Source of the DNA: Candidatus Omnitrophota bacterium
Lineage (GTDB): Bacteria > Omnitrophota > Gorgyraeia > Zapsychrales > Zapsychraceae
NCBI GenBank assembly: GCA_029261055.1
Contig: JAJDCA010000071.1
Coordinates: 153,778-217,777, forward strand
Direction: 5' to 3'
Length of the DNA: 64,000 bases
Below are positions 38,627 through 47,981 of the stretch, piece by piece. Made by a program: the position numbers and the translations under genes. Within the stretch, counting starts at the first letter, position 1, and every line of letters starts with the position of its first letter. Under the pieces are notes generated by a model. The model was not told where the DNA came from, made no database searches, and saw only the letters and a list, made by a program, of their open reading frames with translations.

Positions 38627-39298
38627 ATGTCTAAAATAAATTATAAAGTTAAAGCTGTTATTTTTGATATGGATGGTGTGATTACTAACACCATGCCAGA
38701 CCATTATCGTTCTTGGAAAGTTATTCTTGATAAAGAAGGTATTCCGCTGACGCATCATGATGTTTATATTCGGGAAGGTCAGCCGGGGCAATTTTTTTTA
38801 AAGGAAATTCTTCCGAAATATAATAAAGTTTATAGTGAAAAATTAGCTAAAAGAATATTGCATGAAAAAGAAGAATATTTTAAGGGAATTGTAAAGACGC
38901 GGTTTGTGGTGGGGGCGAGAAGTTTTTTAAAGGGTTTGCATAAACGGAATTTTTGTTTGGCTTTAGTCACAGGAACGTCGCGTCATGAATTACATAAAAT
39001 ACTGCCACAACATTTGCTTGATTTATTTTCTGTCATAATTACGGGGACTGACGTCAAGAAAGGAAAACCTCATCCTGAGCCGTATCTAAGGTCTTTAAAT
39101 AAGTTGAACTTGAAGCCTTGTGAAGCCGTTGTCATTGAAAATGCCCCGTTTGGTATTCAGGCCGCAAAGAGTGCCGGAATGAAATGCTTGGCATTAGAAA
39201 CCTCATTATCAAAAGGGTATTTAAAGGAAGCCAATGGTGTTTTTATTTCTTTTAAAGCGCTTTGTAATAAAGTTAGTTTTAACCTCTTATCATCATGA
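38627..39298 (+). CDS. HAD-family phosphatase (beta-PGM-like)
   Basis: 'IFDMDGV', 'KGKPHPEPY', 'VIENAPFGIQAA'. Confidence 0.88.
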   Translation: MSKINYKVKAVIFDMDGVITNTMPDHYRSWKVILDKEGIPLTHHDVYIREGQPGQFFLKEILPKYNKVYSEKLAKRILHEKEEYFKGIVKTRFVVGARSFLKGLHKRNFCLALVTGTSRHELHKILPQHLLDLFSVIITGTDVKKGKPHPEPYLRSLNKLNLKPCEAVVIENAPFGIQAAKSAGMKCLALETSLSKGYLKEANGVFISFKALCNKVSFNLLSS

Positions 39299-40161
39299 TT
39301 AAAAAAACATTACTTCTTTATAAAAAAAGTTCTTACACGATATATTTTATGGAACGTAAGAATGCGTTATGTCACGATAAAAATACGGTGACTAAAAAAG
39401 CATTTGATCGTTTGATAAAATCGCATGATGAGCATTATGCTGCGTTAAAAAAAGTGCAGCATATTTTGCATAAATATAAGGTGGCGTATGACAAATGTTG
39501 TCGGGGGAATACGATTAATTATGCCAAATATGATTTAGTTATTACAGTCGGGGGAGATGGAACATTTCTTGAAGCGGCTCGAAAAATTAAGAATCAAATT
39601 ATTGTGGGGGTTAATTCTTCCCTTAGTTACAGCGTAGGAAAATTATGTGCGGCTAATACCAATAATTTTGAGTTGTTTTTAAGTGGTATTTTAGATAAAA
39701 GTCTAGAGATAAGTATTTGGCCTCGGTTAAGGTTACAATTGGAAGAAAGGGTTAATCCTATCGAGGTGATGAATGATATGTTGATTTGTCATGGTAATCC
39801 GGCGGCCATGAGCCGATATATTTTAAAAATTAAAGGTGTCAGGGAAAATCAACGCAGCTCAGGTCTTTGGATATCTACATCCTCGGGAAGTACGGGGGCT
39901 ATACATTCTGCCGGAGGCAAAACAATGGCTCCGGAAGAAAAAAATATGCAATATCGGCCCAGGGAATTATGTCAGAGCTGTAAGGGGGGGTATCGTTTAA
40001 CCGGTGATATTTTAACATCGCGTCAGAAGATTTCGGTGACCTCTTTAATGCGCAAGGGCATGATATTCATTGATGGTACGCATGTGCGTATCCCATTTGA
40101 TTTTGGGTTAACGGCAAAAATTGGGCTATCCCCAACACCTATCAGGACGGTTAAACTATGA
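39295..40161 (+). CDS. NAD(+)/NADH kinase
   Basis: GGDGT motif, 'ND', 'SSGLWIST..GST'. Confidence 0.85.
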   Translation: MIKKTLLLYKKSSYTIYFMERKNALCHDKNTVTKKAFDRLIKSHDEHYAALKKVQHILHKYKVAYDKCCRGNTINYAKYDLVITVGGDGTFLEAARKIKNQIIVGVNSSLSYSVGKLCAANTNNFELFLSGILDKSLEISIWPRLRLQLEERVNPIEVMNDMLICHGNPAAMSRYILKIKGVRENQRSSGLWISTSSGSTGAIHSAGGKTMAPEEKNMQYRPRELCQSCKGGYRLTGDILTSRQKISVTSLMRKGMIFIDGTHVRIPFDFGLTAKIGLSPTPIRTVKL

Positions 40162-40538
40162 AAGCTATTTTGTTAATTGCTCACGGCAGTTATAATGCCA
40201 AGGTTAAAATAGAAGTACGTGCGCTTGTTGATACGCTCCAAGAAAAATATTCCAAAAAACATCCCGATGAAAAAGTAATATTTGATTACGCTTTTTTGAC
40301 AATCGAAGATCCGGATGTTTATGAAGGGATTGAGCAGTGTGTTAATAAAGGGGCTAAAGAAATTGTTGTTTTGTTAAATTTTCTTAATTCCGGACGGCAT
40401 GCCGATGAAGATATTCCTAAGATGGTTGATAATGCCCGTAAGAAGTATCCTGACGTAGTTTTTCGGTTGACACCACCTTTGGGTTTGCATCCTTTAATCA
40501 ATGACCTTTTTCTTGATCTTATCGAAGCGAAGAAATAG
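40158..40538 (+). CDS. CbiX/SirB-type short chelatase
   Basis: 'LIAHGS', 'AFL', 'FLNSGRHADEDIP', 'PLGLHP'. Confidence 0.85.
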   Translation: MKAILLIAHGSYNAKVKIEVRALVDTLQEKYSKKHPDEKVIFDYAFLTIEDPDVYEGIEQCVNKGAKEIVVLLNFLNSGRHADEDIPKMVDNARKKYPDVVFRLTPPLGLHPLINDLFLDLIEAKK

Positions 40539-40565
40539 TCCAAAAGAAAATTGAACAACTCCTAA

Positions 40566-41618
40566 ATGAAACAAAACATTCCTTTCACAAAATTAATCAT
40601 GCAATGGTATCGGAAGAACGCTCGGGATTTACCGTGGCGCAGGACATCTGATCCTTATTCTATTTGGGTGTCTGAGGTGATGCTGCAGCAAACCACGGTT
40701 AATGCTGTTATTCCTTATTATCAGCGTTGGTTAAAAGAATTTCCAACGGTCCAACATGTAGCCAAGGCTTCTGAACAAAAAGTTCTTAAATTATGGCAGG
40801 GGTTGGGATATTATCAACGGGCTAAGAATTTGCATAAGTCCGCCCAAATAATATGTCAGGAATATGATGGGAAAGTTCCCAATACAGCTGAAGGATTGAG
40901 TAAATTACCTGGTTTTGGGCCTTATACGATTGGAGCGGTATTAAGTATTGCCTTTGATGTCCGGCATCCGATTATTGATGCCAATGTGCGTCGTGTGATT
41001 ATGCGGATACAGGCGATCGAAGGATTTGCGGATACCTCACAGGATAAAAAGATTTTAACTTTTCTTGAAAAAGCTTTACCTTATCGACATTTGAGCATTT
41101 TTAATCAGGCCTTGATGGAATTAGGCGCCTTGATTTGTGCTAATCGACAGGCAGCCTGTTTGCAATGTCCTGTGCGAACAGAATGTAAGGCTTATGCTAA
41201 AGGCGTTCAGGAAATTATTCCCACCCCGAAAAAGAAAGTGATTAAAGACTTACATGTTGCGATTGGTATTATTAAGAATAAAGAGAAATATTTTATTCAA
41301 AAGCGTCCTCCCAAAGGTTTATTAGCCGATTTATGGGAATTTCCGGGAGGCAAAATTGAACAAGGCGAAACGCCGCAACAAGCCTTAAAGCGGGAACTTA
41401 AAGAAGAATTAGACGTTGAAGTCATTTTAGAGCAACACGTTATGAATGTTCAGCATTATTACACCCAGTTTCGCGTCAAACTCCACGTTTTTTCCTGCCA
41501 ACTCAAATACAATCCCGCACAAGACGCCACTCACAAATGGGTCACCCCCCGCCAAATTATCAAATATCCTATGCCCTCTGGAAGTGCCAAAATTGTAGAA
41601 AAGTTGATAAAGCTTTGA
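40566..41618 (+). CDS. mutY: A/G-specific adenine glycosylase with C-terminal Nudix domain
   Basis: 'RDLPWR', 'SEVMLQQT', 'GLGYY', HhH 'LPGFGPYT', C-x6-C-x2-C-x5-C. Confidence 0.95.
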   Translation: MKQNIPFTKLIMQWYRKNARDLPWRRTSDPYSIWVSEVMLQQTTVNAVIPYYQRWLKEFPTVQHVAKASEQKVLKLWQGLGYYQRAKNLHKSAQIICQEYDGKVPNTAEGLSKLPGFGPYTIGAVLSIAFDVRHPIIDANVRRVIMRIQAIEGFADTSQDKKILTFLEKALPYRHLSIFNQALMELGALICANRQAACLQCPVRTECKAYAKGVQEIIPTPKKKVIKDLHVAIGIIKNKEKYFIQKRPPKGLLADLWEFPGGKIEQGETPQQALKRELKEELDVEVILEQHVMNVQHYYTQFRVKLHVFSCQLKYNPAQDATHKWVTPRQIIKYPMPSGSAKIVEKLIKL

Positions 41619-41697
41619 AGCGGTAAAATTTTTTATTGACAAATTTTATGAAGCAGTGTATCATTACTAACTTAATTAACTAACGAGACATTAGAAG

Positions 41698-42123
41698 ATG
41701 AAAATATCCGCTAAGACAGATTATGCGTGTCGGGCGCTTTTGGAGTTATCTTTGCATTGGCCTAATGAGGTGCCGTTGCATATTGGGGTGATTGCTGAAC
41801 GGCAGGGTATTCCGATGAAGTTTTTGACGCAGATTTTGGTTCTTTTAAAACAATTGGGTTATGTACAAAGTGTCCGTGGTAAAAGTGGGGGTTACCTTTT
41901 GACGCGGGAACCGCAGGCTATAAATTTGGGGGATTTTCTGAAGAGTTTTGATAGCGGGGCCTATGCTGCCTATAATAGAGAAAATAGTAAGAGCGAGCAT
42001 GTGATGGATTTGATTTGGGGAGAGATTAATGCAACGGTTGTTGAGGCTATGGAAAAAATTAATTTTGAAATTATTTGTCAGCGTAAGCGTGATCAGGATA
42101 ATGTGGTGATGTTTAATATTTAA
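41698..42123 (+). CDS. Rrf2-family regulator (CymR-like, no Fe-S cysteine triad)
   Basis: 'KTDYACRALLEL', 'SVRGKSGGYLL'; heads the cys operon; TTGACA/TATCAT promoter upstream. Confidence 0.88.
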   Translation: MKISAKTDYACRALLELSLHWPNEVPLHIGVIAERQGIPMKFLTQILVLLKQLGYVQSVRGKSGGYLLTREPQAINLGDFLKSFDSGAYAAYNRENSKSEHVMDLIWGEINATVVEAMEKINFEIICQRKRDQDNVVMFNI

Positions 42124-42136
42124 GTGATAAGAAGGG

Positions 42137-43102
42137 GTGAGAAGGATGTTTTGGGTGGTCATTATTTTGGCGGTGTTTTTTGCGGTTAATATGGGGGTGG
42201 CGAGTTTTGCGGCTTCATTTGCTACGGCTTATGGAGGAAAGGTTCTTTCACAAAAATCGGCAGGGTTTCTTTTTGTTGGATTTGTGATTTTGGGATCAGT
42301 TGTGCTTGGCAAAAATGTGGCCATTACTTTAGGTCAAGAGATTGTGCCACCGCTTTTTATTGGAAAAAAGGCTTTGATCGTGATTTTTGTGTCTGCGGGA
42401 TCGAGTATGTTTATTTCCAACCTCATGAAGATTCCGCAGTCAACCAGCTTAGTTACAGTGGCCGCTATTGCCGGTGTAGGAGCATATTATCGGAAAGTTA
42501 ATCTTCCCGTTATTGCGGGGTTGATTCCATTTTGGATTTTGCTACCTTTGATAAGTTATTTTATTACGCGTTATATTACGGGATTAATTTACCCACCACG
42601 CAAAGGTAATTTTTGGGTATATGAACGTTTTATTCATCATCGTGAAAAGTTAAAGAAGTTTGTTATTATTACGGGGTGTTACAGCGCATTTTCCGTCGGA
42701 GCCAATAATGTGGCGAATGTGGCGGGGCCTCTAATCGGGTTAGAAGGTTTTTCAGTATTTTTTGCATTAGTTATATTTGCAGGCATCTACGGAATGGGAG
42801 CTTTTACATTTGACGGACCGTTAAAAACAGCAGGTAAACATATCGTGCCCTTAGGGTTGATGACAGCCTCGATTATTTCTTGTGTGAGTGGTACATTAAT
42901 GATATTTGCTTCTCTCTTTGGCGTACCACAATCATTTGTCATGTTACAGATGGGCGCCATCTTTGCCGTGGCTAGTTTGAAGCATGGAACGGAGTTAACA
43001 TTTAATGATGCATGGACAAAGAAAACATTGTATACTTGGACCATTAATCCCGTGCTGACATTTGTGATCAGCTGGGGCTTGTGCTTTTTGATTATTAGAT
43101 GA
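42137..43102 (+). CDS. PiT-family anion permease (probable sulfate permease, CysP-like)
   Basis: 'GANNVAN' and 'P.STS' PiT motifs; located in the cys operon. Confidence 0.7.
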   Translation: MRRMFWVVIILAVFFAVNMGVASFAASFATAYGGKVLSQKSAGFLFVGFVILGSVVLGKNVAITLGQEIVPPLFIGKKALIVIFVSAGSSMFISNLMKIPQSTSLVTVAAIAGVGAYYRKVNLPVIAGLIPFWILLPLISYFITRYITGLIYPPRKGNFWVYERFIHHREKLKKFVIITGCYSAFSVGANNVANVAGPLIGLEGFSVFFALVIFAGIYGMGAFTFDGPLKTAGKHIVPLGLMTASIISCVSGTLMIFASLFGVPQSFVMLQMGAIFAVASLKHGTELTFNDAWTKKTLYTWTINPVLTFVISWGLCFLIIR

Positions 43103-43122
43103 ATCTGGAAAGTATCATGCTC

Positions 43123-43403
43123 GACACGAAATCGCTTTTAAGAGATTGCTGATAAATTATTTGCAATCTCCTAAGCAAAGATTAGCACATTCGGCTCAGA
43201 GGAGATTTCGTTCTGCTCGATCTCCAATTCGCCGCATGCACTAATCTTTGCTTTGAACGATTACAACTTTTAAGTTGTAAATTTTTGGTCAACCCGTCTT
43301 ATCAAGAGGTTGTGTTAAAGCCTGCAAGCGAATTGGACGCGACAAAAATACTACGTCCTCTGAGCTGAAAGGTTTTAACACAATTTCCAATAGACGGGTT
43401 GAC
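43123..43403. repeat. Structured repeat element, long copy (two large hairpins with a shared core in inverted orientation)
   Basis: Homologous to 58596-58743; core GCGAATTGG...CCTCTGAGC at 43328-43365 (+) and 43194-43232 (-). Confidence 0.85.
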
Positions 43404-43436
43404 TTGAAAGTGTCTTTTAATTTGGATAGTAGTAAA

Positions 43437-44369
43437 ATGAAAAATAAAATTATTAACAATGTGATTGAGCTTATCGGCGGGACGCCGTTGATACGGTTGA
43501 ATAAGATCGTTGCGCAAGAGAACTGTGCTGAGATATTAGGGAAGTTGGAGTCGTTTAATCCTGGGGGGAGTGTCAAAGATCGGCCTTGTTTGGCTATGAT
43601 TGAGAATGCTGAACGGAAAGGGATTTTGAAAAAAGGGGCAACGGTTATTGAGCCGACTACCGGGAATACCGGTATTGGGTTGGCTATGATTTGTGCGGTT
43701 AAAGATTATCGTTGTATTTTGACTATGCCTGAAGATTTAAGTTTGGAACGCATTTATCTTTTGCGTTCTTATGGGGCTGAAGTTATTTTGACGCCGGCCA
43801 AAAAAGGTATTCAAGGGGCTATAAAAAGGGCGGATGAGTTGAATCATAAAATAGCGGGCAGTTTTATGCCGCGGCAATTTAAAAGTCCTGAGAATCCTGA
43901 AGCCCATCGGCAGACAACAGCAAAAGAAATTTTAGAGGCTGTTGATGGAAAGATAGATGCCTTTGTCGCAAGCGTCGGTACAGGAGGGACAATAACTGGA
44001 ATCGGAGAAGTCTTGAAAAAAGAGTTTAATTCGATTAGAATTGTGGCCGTCGAACCCAAGAAAAGTGCTGTTTTATCTGGTCGACCGGCAGGAGCCCATA
44101 GAATTCAAGGTATCGGTGCGGGGTTTGTCCCAAAAACATTAAACCGCAATATTATTGATGAAATTATTTTAGTAGACGATCAAGAAGCCTTTGATATGTC
44201 ACGGCGTTTAGGGCACCAAGAAGGCCTATGTGTTGGGATTTCTTCAGGGGCCAATGTACTGGCAGCCTTGAAGGTAGCAAAAGATCTTGGTCCGGGTAAA
44301 CGTGTCGTAACCGTATTATGCGATACTGGTGAACGTTATTTTTCAATGGAACAATATTTTGAAGCGTAA
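43437..44369 (+). CDS. cysK: Cysteine synthase A
   Basis: 'KLESFNPGGSVKDR', 'TTGNTG', 'GTGGT', 'HRIQGIGAGF', 'DTGERY'. Confidence 0.95.
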   Translation: MKNKIINNVIELIGGTPLIRLNKIVAQENCAEILGKLESFNPGGSVKDRPCLAMIENAERKGILKKGATVIEPTTGNTGIGLAMICAVKDYRCILTMPEDLSLERIYLLRSYGAEVILTPAKKGIQGAIKRADELNHKIAGSFMPRQFKSPENPEAHRQTTAKEILEAVDGKIDAFVASVGTGGTITGIGEVLKKEFNSIRIVAVEPKKSAVLSGRPAGAHRIQGIGAGFVPKTLNRNIIDEIILVDDQEAFDMSRRLGHQEGLCVGISSGANVLAALKVAKDLGPGKRVVTVLCDTGERYFSMEQYFEA

Positions 44370-44378
44370 GGAATTATC

Positions 44379-45104
44379 ATGAATTATCAAGATAAAATAA
44401 AAGAGTATTTAGAAAAAACTAAAGATTATAGCCCGGAAGAAATTATCAAATTTGCCTATGAAGAGTTTGGGGCAAGGGTAAAATTTGCTTCGAGTCTGGG
44501 AGAAGAAGATCAAGTCATAGCCGATATGATTTCTCGTGAAGCGCCACAAATTGAAATATTCACATTAGATACAGGTCGGCTTTTTCAAGAGACGTACGAA
44601 TTGTTAGCTAAAACACAGAAAAGATATTCTACAAATTTAAAGGTCTATTATCCCGACACAAAGGCTGTTGAAGAAATGGTACAGCAAAAAGGGATTAATT
44701 TGTTTTATGAAAGTGTTGAAAATAGAAAACAATGCTGTCATGTACGAAAGATTGAACCTTTGCAAAGGGCTTTGAAAGATACGGATGCCTGGATATGTGG
44801 ATTGCGTCGGGCGCAATCCATTACGCGTACGGCCGTCGCAACATTTGAGTGGGACGAAGGTAATCAGAAAGTTAAAATTAATCCTTTGGCGGCTTGGAGT
44901 ATGCAACAGTTGCAAGAGTATATCAGCCAAAATAGTGTTGATGTTAATCCTTTGCATCAGCAAGGTTTTGTTAGTATCGGTTGTGCGAGTTGTACACGTG
45001 CACTTAAAGATGGAGAAGATATCCGCGCTGGTCGGTGGTGGTGGGAAGAACCGGAACAGAAAGAGTGTGGATTGCATGGCCGTTTAAAAGATGCAAAGAA
45101 ATAA
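44379..45104 (+). CDS. cysH: APS reductase (Fe-S-containing CysH type)
   Basis: 'LDTG', CC...CxxC ('QCCHVRK', 'SIGCASCT'), 'RAGRW', 'ECGLH'. Confidence 0.92.
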   Translation: MNYQDKIKEYLEKTKDYSPEEIIKFAYEEFGARVKFASSLGEEDQVIADMISREAPQIEIFTLDTGRLFQETYELLAKTQKRYSTNLKVYYPDTKAVEEMVQQKGINLFYESVENRKQCCHVRKIEPLQRALKDTDAWICGLRRAQSITRTAVATFEWDEGNQKVKINPLAAWSMQQLQEYISQNSVDVNPLHQQGFVSIGCASCTRALKDGEDIRAGRWWWEEPEQKECGLHGRLKDAKK

Positions 45105-45111
45105 GATGTAA

Positions 45112-45131
45112 CCTGCCTGCCGGCAGGCAGG
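45112..45131. repeat. Perfect 20-bp palindrome CCTGCCTGCCGGCAGGCAGG
   Basis: Exact self-complementary sequence in the cysH-cysD spacer. Confidence 0.95.
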
Positions 45132-45158
45132 GAAGCAGAGAAAAGGAATTAAAAAAAT

Positions 45159-46058
45159 ATGATAAAACAAAAAACTATGTCCAAATTAGATGTCATTGAA
45201 TCGCAGAGTATTTATATTTTGCGTGAAGCTTATCGAGAATTTAAAAATTTGGCTATGCTTTGGTCAATCGGTAAGGATAGTACCGTGTTGTTGTGGTTGG
45301 CCCGTAAGGCTTTTTTTGGGCATGTGCCTTTGCCTTTAGTGCATATTGATACACATTACAAAATTCCGGAAATGATAGAATATCGAGACAAACTCGCCCG
45401 TAAATGGAAATTGAATATGGTTTACGGCCAAAATACAAAAGCACTTGAATCGAAACAAACATTTCCTGATGGTGCTATTGATCGGATTGCCTGCTGTAAA
45501 TCATTAAAATCTGAAGCCCTTAAACATACATTGGCTGGAGATTGGCCAAGATACCGGATGAATCATCAAACAGGGAAGTATGATTTGGATACAAACACAG
45601 AACCGTATACCGGTGTGATTGTCGGTGTGCGTGCTGACGAAGAAGGTAGCCGTTCCAAAGAGAGGTATTTTTCCCCTCGCGATCGCAACAATGATTGGGA
45701 TGTTGGTGACCAACCGCCGGAATTATGGAATCAATTTAAAACAGATTTTGCGCCAGGAACCCATTTGCGTATTCATCCTTTATTAGACTGGACAGAATTG
45801 AATATTTGGGAATACATCGAACGGGAAAATATTCCGATTACTAAACTTTATTTTGATCAAGGCGAAGGCAAACGATACCGTTCGTTAGGATGTTATCCTT
45901 GTACAACCCCTGTAGAATCTCCGGCTAAAAATGTACAAGACATCGTTGAAGAACTACGTGGCGGAAAATTCGCCAACATCGCCGAACGCTCGGGACGTGC
46001 ACAAGACAAAGACGACGGCGGGGGTCTTGAGACGCTTCGCCTCGATGGATACATGTAA
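45159..46058 (+). CDS. cysD: Sulfate adenylyltransferase subunit 2
   Basis: 'SIGKDS', '[12 protein letters not shown]', 'HPLLDWTE', 'RSLGC'. Confidence 0.95.
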   Translation: MIKQKTMSKLDVIESQSIYILREAYREFKNLAMLWSIGKDSTVLLWLARKAFFGHVPLPLVHIDTHYKIPEMIEYRDKLARKWKLNMVYGQNTKALESKQTFPDGAIDRIACCKSLKSEALKHTLAGDWPRYRMNHQTGKYDLDTNTEPYTGVIVGVRADEEGSRSKERYFSPRDRNNDWDVGDQPPELWNQFKTDFAPGTHLRIHPLLDWTELNIWEYIERENIPITKLYFDQGEGKRYRSLGCYPCTTPVESPAKNVQDIVEELRGGKFANIAERSGRAQDKDDGGGLETLRLDGYM

Positions 46059-46068
46059 AGGTAAATAA

Positions 46069-47889
46069 ATGAATAATACAACAAGAGAACAGATGAATGT
46101 CGTGATTGTCGGACACGTTGATCACGGGAAGAGTACTTTGATCGGGCGATTGCTGGCCGATACGAAATCTTTACCGGATGGTAAGTTAGAGGCTGTGAAG
46201 GCGAATTGTAAACGGAATGCGAAGCCTTTTGAATATGCTTTTCTTTTAGATGCCCTTAAAGATGAGCAGTCGCAGGGGATCACGATTGATACGGCCCGCT
46301 GTTTCTTTAAATCTGACAAAAGAGATTACATTATTATTGATGCGCCGGGGCACATTGAATTTCTCAAGAATATGATTACCGGAGCTGCACGAGCTGAAGC
46401 CGCTGTTTTGGTGATTGATGCCAAGGAAGGTATTCGTGAAAATTCTAAACGGCATGGTTACATGATGTCATTTTTAGGGATTAAGAATGTGACGGTGTGT
46501 GTGAATAAAATGGATTTGGTGGATTACAGTGAAAAAGTTTACGAAGATATTAAAGTGGAGTATACAGAATTCTTGAAAGAAATTAATCTTAAGCCCAAGA
46601 ATTTTATTCCGATTAGTTCACGTGAAGGGGATAATATGGTGACCCTTTCGGATAAAATGCCTTGGTATAAAGAGTTATCAGTTTTAGAAGCATTAGATCA
46701 TTTTTCTAAAGCGGCTCCAGATTATGCGCGTGATTTACGTTTTCCCATTCAAGATATTTATAAATTTACAGCAGAGAAGGATGACCGACGAATTATGGCA
46801 GGACGTATTGAATCCGGGACTGTGTGTGAAGGGGATGAAGTTATATTTTTGCCGTCTAAAAAAACATCCCGAATTACAACGATAGAAGGTTTTAATCTGG
46901 CGAAACAAACCGAAGCTTTTGCAGGGCAGAGCACCGGGATGACATTAGATACACAAATTTACATTCGTCCCGGCGAAATTATGTGCAAAGCCAATGAAAA
47001 ACAGCCGCATGTAAGTTCAAAATTTAAAGGCAATGTTTTTTGGATGAGCAAAGAACCCCTGGTTAAAGGCAAGAATTATAAATTGAAGCTGGCGACGCAG
47101 CAGGTTCCGGTGGTTCTGTCGGATATTCTTAGTGTTCTGGATGCTTCAGAGTTGTCTTCGATCAAAAATAAACCGCAAGTTGATCGCCATGATGTTGCAG
47201 AATGTATTTTGGAAACTTTAAAACCTATTGCTTTTGATGAAGTGAATAATATTTCCGAAACAGGGCGGTTCGTGATTGTCGATAATTATGAAATTGTCGG
47301 TGGAGGTATTGTTTTAGCACCGGTATTTGATCAGGAAACGTCTTTAAATCAGCATATTAAAGAGCGCGAGTTCCATTGGGAGCGCAGTGACATTACGCCG
47401 GGTAAACGGGCTGTAAAATATCAGCATAAGTCTGCTTTTGTGGTCGTTACCGGTCAGGCGGATACAGGGAAAAAAGACATTGCCAAGATGTTGGAAGAAG
47501 AGTTGTTCAAGTTAGGAAAATTTACCTATTTCCTTGGTATTGCTAATGAGTCGTTGGCAAGCACCTCAAACTCTAATGATAAGACGTTAAAAAGAGTTCA
47601 GCACGTTCGACAGTTAGGGGAAATGGCGCATACGTTTACTGATGCTGGGTTGATATTGATTACAAGTATTTCCGATATTGATGATTACGATATTGAAACT
47701 TTAAAATCATTGAATAGACCTAACAAAACAATTGTTGTTAATGTCGGGGAAAATCGATTTTCTGAAGGTTACATCGATTTGACCCTTCCGAAAACAGACT
47801 TCGATGCTGAAGTACTTAAAAATACCGTGACACAAATTATTCAGTTATTAATGAAATCTATTGTTTTAGATCCGGAGTATTCAATTTAA
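46069..47889 (+). CDS. cysN: Sulfate adenylyltransferase subunit 1 with degenerate APS-kinase-like C-domain
   Basis: GHVDHGKST, 'QGITID', DAPGH, NKMD; C-domain P-loop altered to GQADTGKK. Confidence 0.9.
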   Translation: MNNTTREQMNVVIVGHVDHGKSTLIGRLLADTKSLPDGKLEAVKANCKRNAKPFEYAFLLDALKDEQSQGITIDTARCFFKSDKRDYIIIDAPGHIEFLKNMITGAARAEAAVLVIDAKEGIRENSKRHGYMMSFLGIKNVTVCVNKMDLVDYSEKVYEDIKVEYTEFLKEINLKPKNFIPISSREGDNMVTLSDKMPWYKELSVLEALDHFSKAAPDYARDLRFPIQDIYKFTAEKDDRRIMAGRIESGTVCEGDEVIFLPSKKTSRITTIEGFNLAKQTEAFAGQSTGMTLDTQIYIRPGEIMCKANEKQPHVSSKFKGNVFWMSKEPLVKGKNYKLKLATQQVPVVLSDILSVLDASELSSIKNKPQVDRHDVAECILETLKPIAFDEVNNISETGRFVIVDNYEIVGGGIVLAPVFDQETSLNQHIKEREFHWERSDITPGKRAVKYQHKSAFVVVTGQADTGKKDIAKMLEEELFKLGKFTYFLGIANESLASTSNSNDKTLKRVQHVRQLGEMAHTFTDAGLILITSISDIDDYDIETLKSLNRPNKTIVVNVGENRFSEGYIDLTLPKTDFDAEVLKNTVTQIIQLLMKSIVLDPEYSI

Positions 47890-47899
47890 AGTAAAGATA

Positions 47900-47967
47900 T
47901 CAGTCGTCAGACATTAGTCTTCAGTATGGTTTTACTGATGACGGACGTCGGGTGGCTAGAGACTACG
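47900..47967. repeat. Heptamer-periodic hairpin
   Basis: TCAGTCG TCAGACA TTAGTCT TCAGTAT ... ACTGATG ACGGACG...; related at 63361-63405. Confidence 0.55.
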
Positions 47968-47981
47968 TATTTCATATCAAA

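Noticed and set aside
43173-43253. Structured repeat as a hammerhead ribozyme or integron attC site
   Set aside because: Lacks the CUGANGA/GAAA core and the RYYYAAC...GTTRRRY ends.
43289-43576. Antisense ORFs across the structured repeat and cysK start
   Set aside because: They overlap cysK and the hairpin; no protein features.
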